Part shown: piece after piece, positions 53,916-64,000 of the stretch
Layout of the letters: the number at the start of each line of letters is the position of its first letter
Position numbering within the stretch: position 1 is the first letter of the stretch
NCBI GenBank assembly: GCA_040954595.2
Contig: CM082596.2
Coordinates: 9,878,461-9,942,460 of the forward strand
Direction of reading: 5' to 3'
Length of the DNA: 64,000 bases
From: Balanoglossus misakiensis
Lineage: Eukaryota > Animalia > Hemichordata
The notes under the pieces: model-generated
What the model was told of the DNA's origin: nothing
Seen by the model: only the letters and a program-made list of their open reading frames with translations
Databases searched by the model: none
Translations under genes and position numbers: made by a program

Positions 53916-55076
53916 TTACGGGCCCAAGCCAAGCCAGGCTTGGGCCCGTATTGGTTTCGTTGGGGTTTTTCTTTCTTTCTTTCTTTATTCTTGGTTCATT
54001 TCTTTCGCGCTCTAGATCTCAGACACCGCTGCAGGTACAGTTCTCAAACTTGCTACAGTGGTCAAGGTCAATGAGTAGATGTGCAGTGACTTGTGAATAC
54101 TTAATTAGTCACGTGACATGGCGGCCATATTGGATTTTCTGAAAAAATGCAAATCTCAGATCTCAGAAACTACAAGTCAGATCGACTTCAGATTTGGCGT
54201 GCTGGTAGTATACCCTCTGCCCATCATTTTTGTAATTGGATATTTTGCTCTCAATGTTGCAGTTTTTTTGCTACAGTTGTTTTTCTGAAATCTGGTCAAA
54301 ATTTCAAAAATCTTCTTCTCCAGAACCGGCGATAACCGAGTCACACCGTTTGGGTTATGTGGTCACCTAACTGATGTCTATCAAGTTTGCGAAGATCATT
54401 GTGATTGGTCAAAGATTATGGCGGCCATATTGAATTTTCGAAAAACTATAGTAAAACTTCAAAAATCTTCTCCTCCAGAACGGGCGATAACCGAGTCACA
54501 AGATTTGGTGTGTGTGGTCATTAAACGGATGTCTATCAAGTTTGCGAAGGGGAATGTGATTGGTTGAAGATTATGGCAGCCATATTGGATTTTGTGAAAA
54601 ACGATTAAAAAGTAAAAATTCCTTTTCTAGCCTAAAAATTGATAGCACAGAAATTCTTTTTATGGATATGAATCATCATATGACAAGAATAAGCTATAAA
54701 TATTTTTGTAATTTTGGCAATGACCTTTGACCTACTTTTGACGAATCATTTTTCTGCATATCTAATTCCAGGCTAACCAATAGGGCTATAAGTTTGGTTT
54801 TTGATGTATGTGGATTTGTATGTGATCAAAACATTTTGCTACTTTTCATGACCCCTATGACCTCTGGTGACCTCATTAAATATGCGCATACCTAATTAAT
54901 GATGAACCAATAGACCTAGAGGTTTTGTTTTTGTTATACATGGACCAGTATGGGGTCAAAATATTTTGCCCAAATGTTGGGTGACCTCGGGTGACCTTTG
55001 ACCTACTTAACACTATATTAGCATCAGATCAGATAATAGAGCTTGGGCCCGGACAATGCTGCTTGCAGCTTTAATT
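53916..55076 (+). mobile_element. HINE-like element C, nested in A next to B
   Basis: 5' hairpin tacgggcccaagcc..ggcttgggcccgta; body similar to B; 3' end gcttgggcccggacaatgctgcttgcagctttaatt. Confidence 0.8.
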
Positions 55077-56867
55077 ATTATTATTATTATTCTTCCGAGA
55101 AATATGTCATTGTAGATCTGGAAAACCGCAGCACCTAGGGGGCCGAAACTTGGTAGGGTGGTAGGGGCCAATGAGTAGATGTGCAGTGGCTCGTGAATAT
55201 TTAATTAGTCACGTGACCTGGCGGCCATATTGGATTTCCTGAAAATCGTTAAACGAGTCCTTCTCAAAAACCACTGGGCTGATCGAGTTCAAATTTGGTG
55301 TGCAGGTAGCCTACCTTATGTCCATCATTTTACCCTATTAAAATCATGACGTCATGCATAAAGTTTTTTTGCTACAATTGTTTTTCTGAAAAACAACTTA
55401 AAACTTTAAAAATCTTCTTCTCCAGAACCAGCGATTGCCGAGTCACGGGATTCGGGGTATGTGGTCACCTAACCTATGTCTATCAAGTTTGCGAAGCGCA
55501 CTGTGATTGGTCGATCATTATGGCGGCCATGTTGGATTTTCGGAAAACCATTGAAAAATGAAAATTCCGTTTTGTAGCCAAAATGTTGACAGCACGGAAA
55601 TTCTTTTTTTGGATATGAGTCATCATATGACCGGAAGTTGTCACAATTTTTCGGGGCAATTTTCACATGACCTTTGACCCAGTTTTAAAACAACTAATTA
55701 TATATGCATATTCCCCATACCTCCTCTTGTCAAAGCACCACAGTCATGAATTTTGTGGACATGGGTACCAATTCTGCCAGGACATGACACAAATATTTTG
55801 GTAATTTTGGCAATGACCCTTGACCTATTTCTGAAACATCATTTTTCTGCATATCTAATTCCATGCTACCCAATAGGGCTAGAGGTCTGGTATTGGTTGG
55901 ACATGGCCCACTCTGGGTTCAAAATTTTATGCCCAAATTGTGGGTGACCTTGGATGACCTTTGATCTACTTTCCCATATCTCAGCATCCAGAGCAGTTAG
56001 AGCCCTGGCTTTTATGGGGATTGAGCACATAATGGAGTCTTACACAAGACTTCATTAATTATGTGCATACCTAATTGCAGGCGAACCAATAGGGCTAGGG
56101 GTCTGGTTTTTTGTTGGATCTAGACTAGTATGGGGTCCAATTTTTTTGCCCAAATTTGGGGTGACCTCAGGTGACCTTTGACCTACTTTCCCATATCTTG
56201 GTATCCCCAGCAGATACAGCCGTGGCATTTGCTGGTCACCATGGGAACCGCTTGTGCCCTGCCAACGCTGCTTGCAGCTTTAATGTTACATTTGGAATCC
56301 ACTGGACCAATGTTGAGCTTATTAAATATGTGAATAACTAATGCTGAGCTTACCTATATTGTTACAGGTTGAATTTTTTATTAACATGCTCTACTATTGG
56401 ACTTAATCTGAATTTCTTGACCAATGATAACCTTCAAATTTTGAGGGCTGGAACACCTAATTACCAGGTTAACCAATAGAGCCAGAAGTCTTGTTTTCAT
56501 TTTATGCTGATTATTTTGGAAGAAAAAATTGTTGACAATTTTGGGTGAGCTCTTGGTGACCTTTGATCAGCTTTCCTATTTACATAGCAGATACAGCATT
56601 GGCACTCTCTGGTATCCATAGGAACTGCTTTGACCTAGCCAATGTTGGTTGCACCTTAATTGCACCGCAGTATGTTGGTTTGGGCGAGCTTGCCACATTA
56701 ATCCTATCATTATCATTGATTTTATTGATTTCATGTTTTTAATTCTTTCATTCTTTTTTTTCTGTAGGTCCCACCGGTACTCTTCTTCTTCTCTCTCTCT
56801 CTTTCTTTTTTTCTTTTTCCTCTTCTTTCTTTTCTCTTTTTTTTTCCTTTTTTTTTCTTTAGGCCCC

Positions 56868-57340
56868 AATGGTAACACCATAATCAACCTACTAACGTAA
56901 AATTTGATGGATGGAGAGAGCGGAGTGTCAACCATAGTCAACCTACTAATATAAACTTTGATGGAGGATGGATGGAGCGTCAACCATAGTCAACCTACTA
57001 ATATAAACTTTGATGGATGGATGGATGGAGCGGAGCGTCAACCATAGTCAACCTACTAAAATATAAACTTTGATGGATGGATGGTGCCGTGGAGCGTCAA
57101 CTTAAATGATGGAGAAGTGGAAGGATGGAGAAGTGGAGTTTTTTTCTCTGTTTTTTCCTCTTTTTTTCCTGTAGGGCTCACTGGTAACACCATAATCAAC
57201 CTACTAACGTAAAATTTGATGGATGGATGAAGCGGCGTGTCAACCATAGTCAACCTACTAATATAAACTTTGATGGATGGATGGATGGAGCATCAACCTA
57301 AAGGATGGAGAAGTGGAAGAATGGAGAAGTGGAGTTTCAA
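56868..57340. repeat. ~50-60-bp minisatellite with embedded (GGAT)n, preceded by a polypyrimidine tract
   Basis: accatagtcaacctactaatataaactttgatggatgg recurs about 6 times in two blocks. Confidence 0.85.
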
Positions 57341-57479
57341 CATAATATCCTATTGACCGAAATTATTAGTTAGAGTAATATAGACATACAAAACGAGGTG
57401 ATCGTAATATAAAACTTAATAGTCCAATAAATCGGGTTAATAATTGGTAGTGATTACTTGTTTTAAAATTAGGTTAACA

Positions 57480-58065
57480 GCAATGGCTTTGTGCAGGGTA
57501 TGATAATAGGTTCTGAAATGTGTATGGTATAATAACGGTGAACAAATTTGAATTTGATTTAATAAAAGGGTTAAAAATGTGATGATGGTTTTATGGTAAA
57601 ATTGGAGTGTACACAGGTTATAAAGGGGTAACAGTGGTTGCTTGTATGAAGGTAATGATAATAGGGTAACAAATGTGACTGGTATAAAAAATGTATAATA
57701 ACGGGTTCATAATATGATGATGGCTTGTGTACACAGGTTATAATGGGTATATGAATGAGAAGGGTATAATAATGGTAATAGGGTAACAAATGTGACTGGT
57801 ATAAAAAGGTATAATAACGGGTTCATAATATGATGATGGCTTGTGTACACAGGTTATAATGGGTATATGAATGAGAGGGGTATAATAATGGTAATAACTG
57901 TGTCAGGTTTAATAAGGGTAGCAATTGTGCAAGGGTATAATAACGATTAATAATTGTGGTGATGGCTTATGGTGATATTAAGTATAAAAGGGTGTTTAAT
58001 ATTGATGGTGATGATAAAGGTATAATAATGATAAATCGTTAAATAAGTGTCCAGGGTCTAATAAT
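57480..58065. repeat. Degenerate C-poor tandem repeat including a 116-bp near-perfect duplication
   Basis: gtgtacacaggttata at 57607, 57727, 57843; recurring ggtataataa motifs. Confidence 0.75.
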
Positions 58066-59010
58066 CATGTTGGTTCATTCATTGGTTAATGTGAATATTT
58101 TATGAATAACATGCTATTATTTCTCAGATAGATAATACTCGTCAGCATCGTTATTCGGTGGAATTTCTCGCAACGGTACCCGTGATTGTATTCGCGCATC
58201 GACACATTGTACGCGACAGACATGCAGAAAATGTTAGCACAATGTTAGGTTAGCTTAACCTCCCCACCCCATCCAAATTCCAAATTTAGCTTAGATCATG
58301 GGGTGAGAGGAGGAGAGGACAGTTTTTTTCCCTCTTTTGTAATTGGTATGAGGTTTTTTAACTGCCCTTTAGGCGCGTAAATTAAATATGTTATCATACA
58401 TGTAGTTATCTTGCTTTATTTTAAAACAATTGTGAATGAGCTCTGCGAGATTATGTACACGATAGTGTGTTATATAATGCTAAGGTAAAAGTAAATTTAA
58501 CCCACTAACCCATCACACTATTGTGTGCATAATTAGCAGATGCTATTTTGACTAGCCCATTGTTCAACCAAATGACACCTTGTTTCAAAAAGAGCTGAAA
58601 CTATATTGGTTAATTTCTTTCAGTTTAACCACATGACACATTGCTTCAAATTGGCCTGCAAGATATGCTACTTGAACTCCCCCCCCCAAAAAAAAAAAAA
58701 AAAAAAAATTAGGGATTAATCACTCGCTATATTATGAACATTCACATGAAAATTATGCAACCAAATTAAAGGTATTCTGGAGGCGTCTTCTGATGTCAGG
58801 TGGTTCAAATCCACCGATACCTAAGCTGGAAACATAACTTTTCATTGGTGTTCATGTATGGCGAATAAAACACGCATATTCGTATTATCATATTTCAGAA
58901 ATGAACGAATTGAATAAGATTCTTTTCGATATGTCACTATAAACTTTAATCCCATTTCACCCACTTTACTTAAAATGTAATGTTTAAATAGCAAAGAAGT
59001 AATCACTAAA

Positions 59011-62000
59011 CTTTGACACCGGGGTTTAAAATGCATACAGGGATACTAAAAGTTGACTGAAAATCCCTGGGTTAATACGTGTCCAAAAGCAATTTTATTT
59101 GACATTGCTAATGCAGCGATGACATTGAATCTGATTCTTTGCATCAGGGTAAATTGTGATGCAAGCTTGATGATGCAGCCCGGTAGATAGTGATGCAAAC
59201 ACTTCACTTTGACATGGGTATTTAATGCATGTGCATGGGTATTTAATGTTGACTGTAAATCATCAGGTTAATACGTGGCCAAAAGCACTGTAATTTGACA
59301 TTGCTAATGCTATTGTGACACTAAATCTGATTCTTTGCATCAGGTAAATTGTGAAGCAAGCTTGATGATGCATCATGATAGATGGTGTTTCAAGCCCTTC
59401 ACATTGACATTGGAATATAATGCATATGGGGATTGAAAGTTGATTGTGAATCCCCAGGTTAATACTTGGCCAAAAGCACTGTAATTTAAAATTGCTAATG
59501 CAATGGTGACATTGAATTTGATTCTTTGCATTAGGGGAAATGGTGTAGGAAGCCTAATGGTGCATCAGAGTAGATGGTGATGCAAGCTCTGCACTTTGAC
59601 ATAGGTATTTAATGCATATGCATGTGTATTTAATGTTGACTGTAAATCATCAGGTTAATACGTGGCCATAAGCACTGTAATTTGACATTGCTAATGCTAC
59701 CGTGACACTAAATCTGATTCTTTGCATCAGGGTAAATTGTGAAGCAAGCTTGATGATGCATCATGATAGATGGTGTTTCAAGCCCTTCACATTGACATTG
59801 GAATATAACGCATATGGGGATTGAAAGTTGATTGTGAATCCCCAGGTTAATACTTGGCCAAAAGCACTGTAATTTAAAATTGCTAATGCAATGGTGACAT
59901 TGAATTTGATTCTTTGCATTAGGGGAAATGGTGTAGGAAGCCTAATGGTGCATCAGAGTAGATGGTGATGCAAGCTCTGCACTTTGACATAGGTATTTAA
60001 TGCATATGCATGGGTATTTAATGTTGACTGTAAATCCCCAGGTTAATTCTTGGCCAAAAGCACTGTAATTTGACATTGCTAATGCTACCGTGACACTAAA
60101 TCTGATTCTTTGCATCAGGTAAATTGTGAAGCAAGCTTGATGATGCATCATGATAGATGGTGTTTCAAGCCCTTCACATTGACATTGGAATATAACGCAT
60201 ATGGGGATTGAAAGTTGATTGTGAATCCCCAGGTTAATACTTGGCCAAAAGCACTGTAATTTAAAATTGCTAATGCAATGGTGATATTCAATGTGATTCT
60301 TTGCATTAGGGGAAATGGTGTAGGAAGCCTAATGGTGCATCAGAGTAGATGGTGATGCAAGCTCTGCACTTTGACATAGGTATTTAATGCATATGCATGG
60401 GTATTTAATGTTGACTGTAAATCCCCAGGTTAATACGTGGCCAAAAGCACTGTAATTTGACATTGCTAATGCAACAATGATATTGAATCTGATTCTTTGC
60501 ATCAGGGTTAATGGCATTGCAGGCTTGATGATGCATCCCGGTAGATAGTGAGGCAAACACTTAACTTTGACATGGGTATTTAATGCATGCACATTGATAT
60601 CTAAAGTTGACTCTAAATCCCGAGGTTAATACATGGCCAAAAGCACTGTAATTTTAAATTACTAATGCAAGGGTGACATTGAATATGGGTAAATGGTGAA
60701 GCAAACGTGATGATGCATCAGGATAGATGGTGTTTCAAGTCCTTCATATTGACTTTTGAATATAATGCATATGGGGATTTAAAGATGATTATAAATCCCT
60801 AGGTTAAGACATGGCCAAAAGAACTTTTATTTGACATTGCTAATGCAACAGTGACATTGAATCTGATTCTATGCATCAGGGTAAATGGCGAAGCAAGCTT
60901 AATGATGCATCAGGACAGATGGTGTTTCAAGCCCTTCACATTCACATTGGAATATAACGCATATGGGGATTTGAAGTTGACTGTAAATCCTCAGGTTAAT
61001 ACGTGGCCAAAAGCAATTTTATTTGACATTGCTAATGCAATGGTGACATTGAATCTGATCCTATGCATCAGGGTAAATGGCGATGCAGGCTTGATGATAC
61101 ATCACGGTAGATAGTGATGCAAACAGTTCACTTTGACATGGGTTTAAATGGATATGGGGATTTCAAATTGATTACAAATCCCTGGGTTAATACGTGTCCA
61201 AAAGCAATGTAATTTGACATTGCTAATGAAATGGTGACATTGAATGTAATTCTTTGCATTAGGGGAAATGGCTAAGCAAGCTTAATGATGCATTGGACTA
61301 GATGGTGATGCAAGCTATGCATTTTGACATACATATTTAATGCATATGCATGTGTATTTAATGTTGACTATAAATCCTCAGGTGAATACATGGCCATAAG
61401 CACTATAATTTGACATTGCTAATGAAATTGTGACACTGAATCTGATTCTTTGCATCAGGGCAAATGGCGAAGCAAGCTTAATGATGCATCGGAGTAGATG
61501 GTGATGCAAGCTCTGCATTTTGACATAGGTATTAAATGTATAGACATGGATATTTAAAGTTGTCTGTAAAACCCCAGGTTAATACATGGCCATAAGCACT
61601 ATAATTTGATATTGCTAATGAAATGGTGACACTGAATCTGATTCTTTGCATCAGGGCATATTGTGAAGAATGCTTGATGATGCATTAGGATAAATAGTGA
61701 TGGAAACACTGCACTATGACATGGGCATTTAATGCATACGCATTGATATTTACAGTTGACTCTAAATCCCGAGGTTAATACATGGCTAAAAGCGCTGTTA
61801 TTTAAAATTACTAATGCAAGGGTGACATTGACTATGGGTAAATGGTGAAGCAAACGTGATGATGCATCAGGATAGATGGTGTTTTAAGCCCTTCACATTG
61901 ACTTTTGAATATAATGCATATGGGGATTTAAAGTTGATTGTAAATCCCTAGGTTAATACATGGCCAAAAGCAATTTTATTTGACATTGCTAATTGAACGA

Positions 62001-64000
62001 TGACATTGAATCCGATTCTTTGCATCAGGGTAAATGGCGATGCAAGCTTGATGATGCATCACGGTAGATAGTGATGCAAACACTTTACTTTGACATGGGT
62101 ATTAAATGCATATGGGGATTTCAAGTTGATTACAAATCCCTGGGTTAATACGCGTCCAAAAGCACTGTAATTTGACATTGCTAATGCGATGTTGACATTG
62201 AATGTAATTCTCCGCATTAGGGCAAATGGCAAAGCAAGCTTAATGATGCAATGGAGTAGACGGTGATGCAAGCTATGCATTTTGACATAGGTATTTAATG
62301 CATGTGCATGGGTATTTAATGTTGAATGTAAATTCTCAGGTTAATACATCTCCAAAAGCACTGTAATTTAAAATTGCTAATGTAAGGGTGACATTGAATC
62401 TGATTCTTTGCATTAGGGGAAATGGCGTAGCAAGCCTAATGATCCATCTGAGTAGATGGTGATGCAAGCTAAGCATTTTGACATAGGTACTAAATGTATA
62501 TACATGGGTATTTAAAGTTGTCTGTAAATCACCAGGTTAATACATGGCCATAAGCACTATAATTTGACATTGCTAATGAAATGGTGACACTGAATCTGAT
62601 TCTTTGCATCAGGGCATATTGTGAAGCATGCTTGATGATGCATTAGGGTCAATAGTGATGGAAACACTGCACTATGACATGGGTATTTAATGCATACGCA
62701 TTGATATTTACAGTTGACTCTAAATCCCGAGGTTAATACATGGCTAAAAGCGCTGTAATTAAAATTACTAATGCAAAGGTTACATTGAATATGGGTAAAT
62801 GGTGAAGCAAGCTTGAAGATGCATCAGGGTAGCTGGTGTTTCAAGCCCTTCACATTGACATTGGAATATAATTCATATGGGGATTTAAAATTGATTGTAA
62901 ATCCCTAGGTTAATACATGGCCAAAAGCACTGTAATTTAAAATTGCTAATGCAATGGTGACATTGAATGTGATTCTTTGCATCAGGGCATATTGTGAAGC
63001 ATGCTTGATGATGCATTAGGGTCAATAGTGATGGAAACACTGCACTATGACATGGGTATTTAATGCATACGCATTGATATTTACAGTTGACTCTTAATCC
63101 CGAGGTTAATACATGGCTAAAAGCACTGTAATTTAAAATTACTAATGCAAAGGTTACATTGAATATGGGTAAATGGTGAAGCAAGCTTGAAGATGCATCA
63201 GGGTAGATGGTGTTTCAAGCCCTTCACATTGACATTGGAATATAATGCATATGGGGATTTAAAATTGATTGTAAATCCCTAAGTTAATACGTGGCCAAAA
63301 GCAATTTTATTTGACATTGCTAATGCAATGATGACATTGAATCCGATTCTTTGTATCAGGGTAAATGGCGATGCAAGCTTGATGATGCATCACGGCAGAT
63401 AGTGATGCAAACACTTCACTTTGACATGGGCATTAAATGCATATGGGGATTTCAAGTTGATTACAAATCCCTGGGTTAATACGCGTCCAAAAGCACTGTA
63501 ATTTGAAATTGCTAATGCGATGTTGACATTGAATGTAATTCTCCGCATTAGGGCAAATGGCAAAGCAAGCTTAATGATGCAATGGAGTAGACGGTGGTGC
63601 ATGCTATGCATGTTGACATAGGTATTTAATGCATGTGCATGGGTATTTAATGTTGAATGTAAATTCCCAGGTTAATACATCTCCAAAAGCACTGTAATTT
63701 AAAATTGCTAATGTAAGGGTGACATTGAATCTGATTCTTTGCATTATGGGAAATGGCGTAGCAAGCCTAATGATCCATCTGAGTAGATGGTGATGCAAGC
63801 TAAGCATTTTGATATAGGTACTAAATGTATATACATGGGTATTTAAAGTTGTCTGTAAATCCCCAGGTTAATACTTGGCAAAAAGCAATTTTATTTGACA
63901 TTGCTAATGAAATGGTGACACTGAATCTGATTCTTTGCATCAGGGTAAATGGCGATGCAAGCTTGATGATGCATCCCGGTAGATAGTGATGCAAACACTT
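59011..64000. repeat. ~178-197-bp satellite (about 26 monomers) with higher-order structure, continuing beyond the window
   Basis: ggttaatac(a/g)tggccaaaagcactgtaatttgacattgctaatg recurs at ~59069, 59266, 59457, 59653, 59845 ... 63866; ORF-track peptides repeat at offsets 387 and 1331. Confidence 0.97.

Larger units (their letters stand above)
52357..56284 (+). mobile_element. HINE-like element A (interrupted at ~52410-55075)
   Basis: 5' hairpin aggggcacaagcc..ggcttgtgcccct; 3' end cttgtgccctgccaacgctgcttgcagctttaat; T-rich junctions with no TSD. Confidence 0.75.
41170..56661 (+). mobile_element. Outer Helentron-associated (HINE-like) element with ~0.75-0.9-kb internal tandem units, hosting the satellite and nested elements
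   Basis: Units start gatatg(c/t)ctcttgtt at ~41171, 42071, 42903 (continued after the array) and 52145; degenerate family 3' end gctttgacctagccaatgttggttgcaccttaatt at ~56627-56661. The 5' end was not located. Confidence 0.6.

Noticed and set aside
56576-56983. Lys/Arg-rich 135-aa ORF
   Set aside because: Translation of a polypurine/polypyrimidine low-complexity tract.
57600-57900. Link between this 116-bp duplication and the 116-bp satellite
   Set aside because: Same period but no sequence similarity.
58780-58825. Possible tRNA (GGTTCAAATCC B-box)
   Set aside because: No cloverleaf could be folded by eye; at most a SINE remnant.
59942-63807. Family of repeated short ORFs
   Set aside because: Chance translations of satellite monomers; no conserved frame.

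Overview
AT-rich eukaryotic (animal, probably marine invertebrate; inferred from repeat types and GT-AG introns) genomic DNA with no intact protein-coding gene, rRNA or CRISPR array. 1-4329: right part of an EnSpm/CACTA (CMC) DNA transposon with a spliced, twice-frameshifted transposase. 4.3-31 kb: decayed gene fragments in two tandem segmental duplications (a Ser/Thr/Gln/Pro-rich gene and a calcium-binding EGF-repeat gene) plus a Gln-rich 3' gene end resembling MED25. These are riddled with non-autonomous DNA transposons whose TIRs/TSDs can often be read against the empty site in the paralogous copy (Zator-, P-, AcademH-, piggyBac-, MuDR-, Kolobok-, pogo-like). 40-64 kb: tandem repeats, most notably an ~8.6 kb array of a 116-bp satellite with higher-order structure that has expanded inside a Helentron-associated (HINE-like) element. 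That element also holds three related elements nested in it. A second ~190-bp higher-order satellite runs off the window end. Overall it looks like a heterochromatin-border duplication graveyard. All coordinates were read by eye and family assignments need database confirmation.
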